From: Candidatus Latescibacterota bacterium
GTDB lineage: Bacteria > Latescibacterota > UBA2968 > UBA8231
DNA length: 64,000 nucleotides
Direction of reading: 5' to 3'
NCBI GenBank assembly: GCA_965261395.1
Contig: OZ253462.1
Location: 6,144,001 to 6,208,000, forward strand
Shown: positions 30,030 through 39,890 of the stretch, piece by piece
Numbering within the stretch: position 1 is the first letter of the stretch
Layout of the letters: every line of letters begins with the position of its first letter
Notes under the pieces: model-generated
What the model was told of the DNA's origin: nothing
The model's database searches: none
The model's input: the letters and a program-made list of their open reading frames with translations, nothing else
Position numbers and translations under genes: made by a program

Positions 30030-32675
30030 GTGAGACGTCGAATTTTCGCACTGCTAATTTGTCTGTTCGCTTGGCCACCGCCGCAACAGGCAAGCGCCCA
30101 ACGCGCCACTGGGTACGACAACCCCTATTACGCCACGGGCACTGAAGTCTCACCGGCGACCCTCGTGCCTTCAGTGCGCAAGTGGTACCTGCCGCAGCGG
30201 CTGTACTCGCAGTACGACTGGCGACAAGAGCAATACTCCAACTACGCCCGCGACCACTACGAGCGCTACACCGAGGTCTTCTTGGAAGGCTCGCCATTCT
30301 ACGACGTGTACGGCGATTACATCACGCAGGGCTGGCTGGTGTACGACTGGACCGAAGACTACCCGGAAGACAACGGCAGCATCATCACCAAAAATCCGCG
30401 CTTTCGTTCGTGGTTCAACAACCTGCTCATATCGTCGAGCCATTCCGGGCAGTTCCACTCGGCCTTGATGGTGGGCGACGGCATCCGCACCACCCTGACC
30501 CCCCTGACGTTTTCCAAGCCGCGCTTCGACGGCATTCAGTGGGATCTCCTGACCGACAAGTACGCTCTGACCATGCTGTCGTCGCGGGTCAGCAACACCG
30601 GGGAAATTTCCTCCAGTGAAGTCGGGGGTGGCGTCCAGGCCAATACCTTCACCGCCCTGATGGCGGCCAAGGGGCGGGTGCAGGTCGGGGATTTTGCCGC
30701 CCTCGGCGCGACCTTGGTCAATGCGGCACATCGCAACTCCAACCTGCCTTTTGGCGACAACTCGCTCAGCGGCCTGCTCAGCGGCCCGATGAACGCGGAC
30801 TTTGTGCGCTCCATTGTCGTGCGCATTTCCGACGATTCGCCCGAAGACGGCGAGGGCGGCGCACTGCTGTCGCGCTGGCGCATCTTCATCAACGGCGTCG
30901 AGCACACCAAAGACATCGTCGCCGTGGTCGAGGGCGGCATTCGGCGCGGCGGCGCAATTGTGGCCAGCGGCACGGACGTCATCACGCTGACCTACAACAT
31001 CGAAGACTTCTCCCCGAGCACGGATGACGCCATCGACGATTTTCGCGAGATCGAGCGCATTGAAATCGGCCTCGTGCTGGCCAACGACTACAAGGTCGAA
31101 GTGACCTCCAACAAGCAGACCAACAACCTCGGCACGCCCGTATTCCTGCCGGTGTTGCGCGCGTCCGGCAACGTCAAGGACGGCTCGAATCAGGCATTTC
31201 ACCGGTTCAGCTACGGCCTGCCGACCGGGACCCGCATGTTGGGCTTCGACCTCGCCATTGCCGACCTGCAAGGCTTTGACTTCAGAGGCGAGTTCGTCCG
31301 CAACTTTCAGTACCGCCGCTTTCCCAACGAGAACATGGCCACGGGCCAGACGCTGGCGGCCAACGAGGCCCAAGCCATGTACGCGACCGCGCAGAAACGC
31401 AACTATCCCTATACGTTTTTCGCCGAGGTTTTCAGCATCGACGCGGATTACTCCACCCGCGCCTTTATCCCCAACGCCGAGGGACAGGTGTTCTACGATA
31501 ACGAGCAGCGGCACCTGTATGAATTCGTCGACGACAACGACGATCAGGACGAACTGCCAGACTGGACGCGGCGCACGTTCGGCAGCCGCGTCAACACGCG
31601 GCAGGGGCAGCAGTTGCTGACCGACGCCGCGGTCTTCCCAGGCATTGACGAGGACAACGACGACATTTCGGATTTCAACCGGAACTTCAACACCCAGCCC
31701 GACTACGCGGAGCCGTTTCTGCGCTTTGAGGTGGACCCGCCGGAGTTTTTGTTCGGCATGGACATGAACAGCAACGGCGTCATCGACCGCTTCGAGGACG
31801 ACGGGGAAGCCGATTACCCCTACAAGCTGGGCCGCCGGGGAATCAATACCTATGCGGCCGTCGAAATCCTGCCCCGCACAACCGTCATGGTCGGCTATCT
31901 CGACCAGCGACTACTAGAGACCGCCCGGGAAAACCAAGCTGCCTACCTGCTGCTGACCGCGAAAAAGGACTTCCCCGCAAAGGACTTCAGCGCGTGGCTG
32001 ATTGCCAATCCGCGCAAGGTCCAAGACGACATTCCCGACGACGTGCTGTTGTGGCGCGACCTGCCCGGCACGCGCGGCCGCTCGATCTTTACCCGCGACC
32101 TCCTGCCAGCGCGCGACGCCTTCGTCAACACCACGTACCTCGAAGTACACTACGACCGCTACCTGCCCTTGACGGCCAAGGTCAAACACGAATTCTATCA
32201 GCAATTGGGGAATCAGCAAGACGAGTTGCGCAACCAGAGCTTCTTGGGCATCGTAGCCAAAGGCGAGTACTCCACCCACATTCGCGGCTGGACTGTGGTG
32301 CCCAAGTGGAAACAGCTTTACAACAACGAGGTGCCAGCACAGCGCAGCGCGCCCAAAATACGCGAGCTAACGGAAATTTTCTCGCTGCAAGCCGTGCGCA
32401 GCATCAACCGCAACATGCGCTTCATCGCCGGGGCCGAGTGCGAACTGTTCAACAATCTCCGCCCCAAGCCAGACCCTCTCCCCTCGGGCTACCTCCTCGA
32501 CGGCACGACGTGGGTGCTCGCCGGTCAGGTCGCCAACGACTCCGCGTACTTGGGCTACGCCCTGACTGCGAATGTCGGCGTGCGCTGGATTCGCAACAAT
32601 CTCGATGGGTCGCCGGCTTCGTCCGAGTTGCTGTCCTTCATCACGGTGTACGCGGGTTTGGGCACGGATCGCTAG
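30030..32675 (+). CDS. large secreted/outer-membrane protein with Asp-rich Ca-binding-like loops
   Basis: GTG after GAGGGAG RBS; signal peptide; DDNDDQD, DEDNDDISD, DMNSNGVID; beta-strand-rich C-terminus. Confidence 0.65.
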   Translation: MRRRIFALLICLFAWPPPQQASAQRATGYDNPYYATGTEVSPATLVPSVRKWYLPQRLYSQYDWRQEQYSNYARDHYERYTEVFLEGSPFYDVYGDYITQGWLVYDWTEDYPEDNGSIITKNPRFRSWFNNLLISSSHSGQFHSALMVGDGIRTTLTPLTFSKPRFDGIQWDLLTDKYALTMLSSRVSNTGEISSSEVGGGVQANTFTALMAAKGRVQVGDFAALGATLVNAAHRNSNLPFGDNSLSGLLSGPMNADFVRSIVVRISDDSPEDGEGGALLSRWRIFINGVEHTKDIVAVVEGGIRRGGAIVASGTDVITLTYNIEDFSPSTDDAIDDFREIERIEIGLVLANDYKVEVTSNKQTNNLGTPVFLPVLRASGNVKDGSNQAFHRFSYGLPTGTRMLGFDLAIADLQGFDFRGEFVRNFQYRRFPNENMATGQTLAANEAQAMYATAQKRNYPYTFFAEVFSIDADYSTRAFIPNAEGQVFYDNEQRHLYEFVDDNDDQDELPDWTRRTFGSRVNTRQGQQLLTDAAVFPGIDEDNDDISDFNRNFNTQPDYAEPFLRFEVDPPEFLFGMDMNSNGVIDRFEDDGEADYPYKLGRRGINTYAAVEILPRTTVMVGYLDQRLLETARENQAAYLLLTAKKDFPAKDFSAWLIANPRKVQDDIPDDVLLWRDLPGTRGRSIFTRDLLPARDAFVNTTYLEVHYDRYLPLTAKVKHEFYQQLGNQQDELRNQSFLGIVAKGEYSTHIRGWTVVPKWKQLYNNEVPAQRSAPKIRELTEIFSLQAVRSINRNMRFIAGAECELFNNLRPKPDPLPSGYLLDGTTWVLAGQVANDSAYLGYALTANVGVRWIRNNLDGSPASSELLSFITVYAGLGTDR

Positions 32676-32749
32676 GTTTGATTCCACCCATTCGTCATTA
32701 ATTATTGCTTAATTGCGCTTCAACTTTTTTTGGTGTATATCTTAATCTC

Positions 32750-32949
32750 ACGTGAGTTCGGGATAAGCAGAGGGGCAAAAGCTCGACAGGCTAGTTTTTC
32801 GGGTTCAAGTTCAGATTACTCTATGGAAAAGGTCGTCCCCAAAGCCAATTTTTATATTTTTTGTAACGGACATTCCTTGACCGATTAGAACATATTTTAT
32901 AATCGGATAGCGATCTCCAATTAGAAGGTCGCTTAACCCGAACTCACGT
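32750..32949. mobile_element. MITE (~200 bp) with 19-bp terminal inverted repeats
   Basis: ACGTGAGTTCGGGATAAGC / GCTTAACCCGAACTCACGT (18 of 19 match); AT-rich non-coding interior. Confidence 0.75.
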
Positions 32950-33105
32950 TAGAATAAGATTGAGCCGACACACTTCGCCGAGGCAGGCAAGCAAATGATG
33001 CTCATACTCTTGGAATTTTTACTCTCTCTACCACAAATAATTGCCGGGTATTACGAGCATAAACGCAAACGCAAGCGCAAGCGCAAGCGGTAAAAGGAGC
33101 TGATA

Positions 33106-34962
33106 ATGCTCGACAGCATAACTAATAGGCTCGACAACATAACTAATAGGCTCGACAACGTAATCGTCCGTCTCGTGGCTTACTATATTGCCATATCCCT
33201 TTTTTTTGAGAGCATTTTGCGGTTGTCGCTAGGCCACAGAACCATGAGTTTCATATTAGCCATTTCTTCACCCCTGCAATCAGGGCCAGAGATCGGGAGC
33301 TTAGAAGCTGTTGAGTTAAAGTTATTTTGTATGTTATTTTGTCGTAACCGCTTTTTTCGTCTAGGATTTAGGAGGTTTGTATTATGCTTGGGTATCCCAG
33401 TGACGTGACCGATGCAGAATGGGCGTTGCTGGCTCCTTTTTTTGCTCGCCCCGATCCGCGGGGCAATCCGGGCAAGTATGCCAAACGGGATGTGGTCAAT
33501 GCTATTTTCTATGTGGTCAAAGGCGGCATCCCCTGGCGGATGCTTCCGTTGGATTTTCCGCCGTGGGACACCGTGTATGACCATTACCGGCGCTGGAATC
33601 AGCGCGGGGTGTGGGAACAAGCTTTGGATGCGCTGAACGAGCGCGCACGACACAAGCAGGGCAAACACAAGCATCCGACCTACGCCTTGGTCGATTCGCA
33701 ATCGGTTAAGACCCAATATGCCAGTCAGGATCGAGGCATCGACGGGGGAAAAAAAGATCAAAGGTCGTAAACGCCACATCGCCACTGATACGCTAGGTAA
33801 CATGCTAACGGTCCAAGTCCATGCGGCCAATCTCGCCGATACCAGCCAAGGATGGGATGTCTGCGACCAAGTCGCCGAAAAGTATGATTCGATACAAGCG
33901 TTCTGCGGCGACCAAGGATACCGAGGCACCACCGTCGAATTCGTCGAAAACCTGTTGGGATTGCGGCTGGATATAACCGATAAGCCAACCCAAGGGTTCC
34001 AAGTGGTGCCCAAACGCTGGATCATCGAACGAACGTTTGCTTGGTTGGGGGGATTTCGTCGCTTGGCCAAGGACTTTGAAATACGCACTCGATCCGCCGA
34101 AAACATGATTCGTATCGCCATGATAAACATTACCGTCGCTAAATGTGTCTGAATAACTCAACAGCTTCTACTGGAAGAGCCCGGTGACTCCAGGGCCGCT
34201 CCGAGGCAGTTCGGGCACTTACTGGAACAGTCCGGTGACTCCGACCCCGCCGCAATATTTTTGCAGATTTCGATGGCACTGCTGTTTTCGTTTTTCTATG
34301 CCCTGCCCGTGACTTGGGTGTATCGCTGGACCCGGCCCCGCAAGAAATACAACCCAGACCTTGTCCATACCCTCCTCGTCGTGCCCATTGCGATTTCCCT
34401 CGTCGTTTTTCTCGTCAAGGACAGTCTTGCGCTCGCCTTCAGTCTCGCGGGCATTGTCGCCGCGGTTCAGTTCCGCACGACCTTGAGAGATCCCCTAGAT
34501 GCCACCTACATGTTCATCGTCATTGGTATCGGATTGTCGGCTGGTATCGGTATCGGTCAAGTGGCTATTTTGGCCTCGGTGGCTTTTAATGCCGTTGTTT
34601 TGGGCATCTGGCGCACGAACTACGGGGCGGAGCCTGCTGTCCTGTCCGGGTTCAGGCTAGTGCGTCCCGCCAAGCCGTTGCCCGGTGTGAGCGGCACCCA
34701 AGCGGGTAAAATCCCCAAACCGTATAATGCCAAGCTCAGGGTACATACGGTGCAGGTCGAGGCGGCACAGCAGGCTGCTCTTGCGCTCTTGGCGACCTAT
34801 GCCAAGCAGTGGCGACAGGTGCGGATTGTGCAGCAGGAGGACAGCACTGTGATCGTCGAATTTGATGTGCGGCTGAAGAAAACCGCGGATCCGGCCGCCT
34901 TCACCAGAGAGCTTGAAAAAAGTACAGAGGGCCATACCGTCAAAGTGGAGCTGGAATTATGA
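33106..34962 (+). pseudogene. DUF4956 family membrane protein interrupted by IS5
   Basis: SLALAFSLAGIVAAVQFRT motif; removing 33304-34168 plus one TA gives continuous ...EIGSL/LEEPGDS...IFLQISMA. Confidence 0.8.
33304..34168 (+). mobile_element. IS5 family insertion sequence; transposase in two frames (33384..33770, 33718..34152)
   Basis: IRs GAAGCTGTTGAGTTA / TAACTCAACAGCTTC, TA duplication; GGGGGAAAAAAAG slippery site near 33744-33756. Confidence 0.92.
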
Positions 34963-35939
34963 GTGCCCCGAGTAACAACCTCCTGAGCGGGTTTTTGGTC
35001 TTCAGCGTTTTGATTTTTATGGCGTCATTGCTCGTGCGGGAGGACGCGGCAATCGAACCTGTCGTGGACACCGCGGACAGTCTGGTATCTACATCCACCG
35101 CGGACAGTCTGGTATCTACATCTACATCCTCTCTAGGCACGCCGCACGGGGACAACCTTACCCTCGCGAGTTACGACCTCGAAAAACCAGCGCGGCGTTT
35201 CAAGCTGCCGAAGCAGTGGCGGGAGATCTCCGGCTTGACCATGCTTGGAGAGAACCGACTCCTCGCGCACGATGACGAAAGGGGCGTAGTATTCGAGATA
35301 GACTATCGCGATGGTTCGATTGTAAAGGCGTTTGCACTCAGCGATCAGCTCGATCCGGTCGCCGACGACTTCGAAGGCATCGCCGCGGCTGAAGGCCGCG
35401 TGTACCTCGTTTCGAGTTCAGGGCGGTTATACGAGTTTGTCGAAGGCACCGATGGAGAGACTGTTCTCTACAATCTATATACAACCGGAATTGGACGAGA
35501 CCACGAAATAGAGGGACTCGCCTATGACCCGGACCAACGGGTGCTATTGCTCATCAGCAAAAACCCCAAGGACCCCGGGCAGACAGGCTTAGTAGCGATA
35601 TGTCGCTGGTCCCTCGATACCAAGCAGCTCGTCGAGGATGGCCCTATCCTCATACCAGCCATCACGCTCTCGAGCCGCATCGACAGCAAACAATTCCAAC
35701 CTTCGGGCATCGAGCGGCACCCAGTATCGGGAAACTACTTTGTCGTGGCGGCCCGCCAGGGCGCCATTGCCGAGATTACCCCACAGGGACGGGTCCTCGC
35801 CGTCGCGGATCTTGCGGCTGATCGGCATCCACAGACCGAGGGCATTGCGTTCGCTTCCGACAATACACTGATCTTATCCGACGAAGGGGTGAGCAAGCGC
35901 GCGACCCTGACTTTTTACCCCGTTTCAAAGGGCCGGTAA
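34959..35939 (+). CDS. SdiA-regulated/YjiK-like beta-propeller protein
   Basis: REISGL, DDFEGIA, EIEGLAYD, FQPSGI, QTEGIAF, LSDEG; 27-bp tandem duplication (TADSLVSTS twice). Confidence 0.8.
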   Translation: MSAPSNNLLSGFLVFSVLIFMASLLVREDAAIEPVVDTADSLVSTSTADSLVSTSTSSLGTPHGDNLTLASYDLEKPARRFKLPKQWREISGLTMLGENRLLAHDDERGVVFEIDYRDGSIVKAFALSDQLDPVADDFEGIAAAEGRVYLVSSSGRLYEFVEGTDGETVLYNLYTTGIGRDHEIEGLAYDPDQRVLLLISKNPKDPGQTGLVAICRWSLDTKQLVEDGPILIPAITLSSRIDSKQFQPSGIERHPVSGNYFVVAARQGAIAEITPQGRVLAVADLAADRHPQTEGIAFASDNTLILSDEGVSKRATLTFYPVSKGR

Positions 35940-36016
35940 TTGCCGGCTTGTCCCGGCGGACGGAATCTTTGCGGCCACCCGGGCGTTACTTGGGAACGAA
36001 CTATCCCAAAAAAGCG

Positions 36017-37150
36017 ATGCGCCGGCACGGTTTAGGGCTGGGGATCGTCTTGCTCTTGGCGCTGGTAGTGGTCGTAGCAGGTTGCCGGGCGGGGCGCCTG
36101 CAAGGGGAGAACTACGGTGCCGACGACGAGCCGTACATCCGGCGGGATGTCCCGTCGGATGCGATCGCGACCGGCGGTCGGGTCGCGTATCGAGTCATCT
36201 TGGTCGGAGACACTGGGGAGCCGGTGCCGGACGATCCCACCCTTGCCGCAATCGGGCGCTGGGCGGTTCCGCAGGAGCGGGCCGCGGTCGTGCTACTGGG
36301 GGATAACCTCTACCCGTCCGGGCTTGCAGCCGATGATCGCCCTAGGGGTGAAGCCATTTTGCGCCAGCAGCTCGCAACGACCTCGGCGCTGCGGCTTTTC
36401 GTGCCAGGCAACCACGATTGGGGCTCTTCACCGCAAGACTGGACGGGAGCGCACGTCGTCGCGCAGCAGGAGTTCGTGCTCGCGTGGCCAGAGGGCAACG
36501 TGGACTTCCTACCCCGCGATGGATGCGCCGGCCCAGCCGTGCGCGAGTTGCTCAAGCCTGGGGACGGGCTGGAGCAGGGGGTCGCGGTCGTCGCCATTGA
36601 CTGGATGCCCTGGTTCTCACCGGTCGCCGACACTAGCAGGTGCCCGGACGGGGATTTCGGGACGCGGATTGACGCGGCCTTCTCGGCCCTAAAGAGGCAT
36701 TTCGTGATCGTGGTGAGCCACTTTCCGCTGCGCTCGGGCGGCACCCGCGCCGGCTTTGGCCGCGGGTTCATCATCGACCTCTTCCTCGACTTCTATCACC
36801 TGCTGCGACCGCGACCGCCCCTCAATCTGTACAATCCGCAATACATGGTCCTCGCAAAGCAGGTGAAGGACGCGTTAGCAAGACACCAGCCCCTCGTCTA
36901 TGCCGCGGGACACGATCACAGCCTACAGATCTTCGAGGCGGACGAAGTCGCTCGGATGCACATCGTGAGCGGGGCGGGTTCGGCCGGCAAAGTGTCGTCC
37001 GTGACCGCGGTGGCCGGGACGATCTTCGCCCACGCCGTCCCGGGATTCGCGGTACTCGATTTCGCAATCCACGACGGAGTTGACACCCCAGTCGTACGCA
37101 TCGTGAGAACTGGGCAGGAAGTGCCCGTGTTCCAGATGCGCATTCCGTAG
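36017..37150 (+). CDS. calcineurin-like metallophosphoesterase, probable lipoprotein
   Basis: VAGC lipobox; GDTG, LGDNLY, PGNHDW, SHFP, AGHDH, VSGAGS. Confidence 0.88.
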   Translation: MRRHGLGLGIVLLLALVVVVAGCRAGRLQGENYGADDEPYIRRDVPSDAIATGGRVAYRVILVGDTGEPVPDDPTLAAIGRWAVPQERAAVVLLGDNLYPSGLAADDRPRGEAILRQQLATTSALRLFVPGNHDWGSSPQDWTGAHVVAQQEFVLAWPEGNVDFLPRDGCAGPAVRELLKPGDGLEQGVAVVAIDWMPWFSPVADTSRCPDGDFGTRIDAAFSALKRHFVIVVSHFPLRSGGTRAGFGRGFIIDLFLDFYHLLRPRPPLNLYNPQYMVLAKQVKDALARHQPLVYAAGHDHSLQIFEADEVARMHIVSGAGSAGKVSSVTAVAGTIFAHAVPGFAVLDFAIHDGVDTPVVRIVRTGQEVPVFQMRIP

Positions 37151-37187
37151 CGTGATTTCGCGTGACCGGACAATCCGAACCGGGTTT

Positions 37188-39851
37188 CTAAAACATGAGC
37201 CCGGCGCGCAGGTACCAGCCGGTCAGGTCCTCGCCGTACATCCTCGCCGCACTCAACGTCGCCCGGCGCTTGAGAAACGAGACCCAGAGCCCGCCGCCGC
37301 TGCCAATGTGCCAGCCATCGGCCTCCTCCGAGTCGGCGTCGAAGAATACCCGTCCCGCATCCACGGCGGCGAATGCGCCAAGTTCAACCGGAGATGGGAA
37401 CCGGATTCGAGTCAGCCGCACCCGGAACTCGCCGTTCCCGTAGAGGGTGGACTCGCCAGCGAAGCGATCCTCGCGGAAGCCCCGCAGGTTGTCGGGGCCG
37501 CCGACCGCGGCGGCTTCGTGGAACGGAAACGCGCCGCGGATGGTTTTGCCGCCCACGCGCAGGGCGAGAGTGGGCAGAGTGGGAACGTTGGCTGACAGGT
37601 ACGCAGATGCGTCGCCGGCAACGTAGCCGAAGGTCGATTCGACGTCCCACAGCTTTGGGTAGAGTTCGCCGCTGAGCCTGAACCGCACGCCCCGCCGGGC
37701 ATGACCCGAATTGTCGCGGGCATCGTAAACGAGTTCCCCGCCGACGCCGATCTGCCCGAAGGCCTCCGTCCCGTACAGGGGCGTCTCATAGGTGGCGATG
37801 AACTTCCCCTCGTTGCCGCGCAAAGGGGTGTCGGTAAACTTGACGAGCGGCCCGCCGGTCAGAGTCCACATCCCCTGCGACCGATCAGAGACCCAAAGGA
37901 GCGTGGGCGCGAAGAGGAACTGCGCCTGCTCCACCTCGTAGAACGACTCGGCACGCGGGATCTCAACGTCGTTTCCGAAGCCGTTGAAGCGAATCACGTT
38001 GATGCCGGAGTATTCCATCTGCAGCAGGCCGTCTAGGCCCCGCAGTAGATGCCGGAACTTCCCGGAATAGGCAACCAAGGGCTTGGCTCCCGCGCTGGGG
38101 GCGACTCCGAGGTCGAGCGCGTGTTGCGACGCATACGGCTTCTTCCGATAGCCATGGTATATCCGGGTGTAGAACAGCCCGGCGTAGGCACCGAGGTCTG
38201 GGCTGTAGCTGACGATCGGCAGCGCAATCGTCTCCATGCCCCAGTCGATGATGTACCTGTCCGTAACCGCACCCGTGGGAGCCGGCCGCTTGTACGGCCG
38301 CTCGTCGATCAGGGCCTCGCGCACATCGAAGCGATTCTCGCCGCGCGCGGCGTAAAATCGCGTCATCCGCCGTCCAGCCCGCGACTGGTTCGCGTAGCTA
38401 TCGTCGCCACCGCCGCCATCGACGCGGACCCTGATCTTGGCCCTCTCCCCGAGGACGGCGATCTGATCGTCCCCTCCGTGCAGGTAGATCCTGACTTCCT
38501 TTGTCTCGTGGGGATACAGGGTGCGGCGGAAGTACGGGGCGTTCTGCGTCCCCGCCAAGCGGATGCGAACCTCTAACTCGCCGTTCTCTCGATGTTCCAA
38601 TTCGAGGTACTCGTCCTCGTCCGTCCCCTTGATCTCAACCTCTCTGCTGATCAGCTCGTAGTACTGTGCCGCGAACTCGTCGAGATGGTCGCGGCGCGCC
38701 TTCAGCGCCCGGGTGAGGAAATCCCCTACCTGCTCGTAGTACGGGTCCGGCAACCGCCGGACGGCGTCCTCAATCACCGGGTCCGGTAGCTCGGCCTGCA
38801 CCGTGGTGGCCACCGAGTCCCACGCGCTCCACTCCAGTTCGGCCAGCAGCTCGCGGTCAATCTCCCAGCCGTTGCGGGGGAGTCCGCGGTGGTCCGGGTA
38901 CTGCTCTTGAAAGCGGACGAATTTGGGCTCGATCCGGCGCACCAGCTTCATGAGCAGGCCGTCGAAATCGATGAAGGCTTGGTCCCGGTCTTCGGGGATG
39001 GGCAACCACGTGTAGCAGTCTCCGGCCGGAAACCGCGCCCAGCGCCATTGGCCCGAGTGCCGATCCTTATCGCCGACGAGAAAATCGACGAGTCGAGCCT
39101 TGAGATAGGCGCGCGCATCAACTCGTTCGCAGGGCGTCTTTTCAAGACGCTTGTACAGCTTGTCCGTGCCGCTCACCTTGCGGGATCCGGCAAATCCCGG
39201 CTCATCGTTGGCCGCTTCGGACGGATGTTCCTGCAAGGTGCCGATCAGCCCGGCAAACTCTTGGCGATACGCTCCCAACCGCGGATCGTCGGGGATTACC
39301 ATCAGCCGATGCGTCGCGTGCAGGATTCCCGTCGCCTCCATCAGCGCATCCACCACTAGCGCCCCCGTCGGCAGCAGGGCACTCATGAGATCTTGGATCA
39401 CATCCTCGACGACGGTATGCTTGAGTTCCTCCATCAGCCGCTTGGATGGATCCTTGTCGAGGGAGCGCACCGTGTAACGGCGGCCGTCCTTGCCCACAAA
39501 ATGCAGCGAAATGGACTGGCCGAAGCCGCCTGTGCGCATGGGCGACAATCCACCGCCCACCGCATCGAGATCGAGGACCGGCACCTCGATCGGCGTCGTC
39601 CAGATCTGGCGATAGTTGCTACCGTAGATCCACCGCTGCAAACGACCTGCTTTGAATCGCTCACCCGGTACCACCACGTGCATCGTGTCGCCCTTCTCCG
39701 GGATAGAGCGATGAATTAGCTGGCCGGCCTTTGCCACTACCGCATCAGCACCCCCAAGATGCAGGGCAGCAACAAGCAGCGCCGTCGCCCGGCGACGCAG
39801 CCAAGGACTGCTCAGATGCTCGTTTCGGTTCATCTCTTTATCACCCTCCAT
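37188..39851 (-). CDS. BamA/TamA (Omp85) family outer-membrane protein with a large N-terminal domain
   Basis: LRGFREDRFAG lid-lock motif, terminal F; N-terminal YLKARLVDFLVGDKDRHSGQWRW and PIPEDRDQAF. Confidence 0.85.
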   Translation of the reverse strand: MEGDKEMNRNEHLSSPWLRRRATALLVAALHLGGADAVVAKAGQLIHRSIPEKGDTMHVVVPGERFKAGRLQRWIYGSNYRQIWTTPIEVPVLDLDAVGGGLSPMRTGGFGQSISLHFVGKDGRRYTVRSLDKDPSKRLMEELKHTVVEDVIQDLMSALLPTGALVVDALMEATGILHATHRLMVIPDDPRLGAYRQEFAGLIGTLQEHPSEAANDEPGFAGSRKVSGTDKLYKRLEKTPCERVDARAYLKARLVDFLVGDKDRHSGQWRWARFPAGDCYTWLPIPEDRDQAFIDFDGLLMKLVRRIEPKFVRFQEQYPDHRGLPRNGWEIDRELLAELEWSAWDSVATTVQAELPDPVIEDAVRRLPDPYYEQVGDFLTRALKARRDHLDEFAAQYYELISREVEIKGTDEDEYLELEHRENGELEVRIRLAGTQNAPYFRRTLYPHETKEVRIYLHGGDDQIAVLGERAKIRVRVDGGGGDDSYANQSRAGRRMTRFYAARGENRFDVREALIDERPYKRPAPTGAVTDRYIIDWGMETIALPIVSYSPDLGAYAGLFYTRIYHGYRKKPYASQHALDLGVAPSAGAKPLVAYSGKFRHLLRGLDGLLQMEYSGINVIRFNGFGNDVEIPRAESFYEVEQAQFLFAPTLLWVSDRSQGMWTLTGGPLVKFTDTPLRGNEGKFIATYETPLYGTEAFGQIGVGGELVYDARDNSGHARRGVRFRLSGELYPKLWDVESTFGYVAGDASAYLSANVPTLPTLALRVGGKTIRGAFPFHEAAAVGGPDNLRGFREDRFAGESTLYGNGEFRVRLTRIRFPSPVELGAFAAVDAGRVFFDADSEEADGWHIGSGGGLWVSFLKRRATLSAARMYGEDLTGWYLRAGLMF

Positions 39852-39890
39852 AGCTAAACAAGAGATAGCAAAGTACGGGATAGATAGCTC

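Noticed and set aside
30171-31514. 447-aa minus-strand ORF and similar long shadows across 22-47 kb
   Set aside because: Opposite to well-supported genes; explained by codon bias in GC-rich DNA.
33108-33165. Short direct repeats as a possible CRISPR array (also 46922-46996 and 51627-51655)
   Set aside because: Tandem units without unique spacers, in frame within genes; no cas genes.
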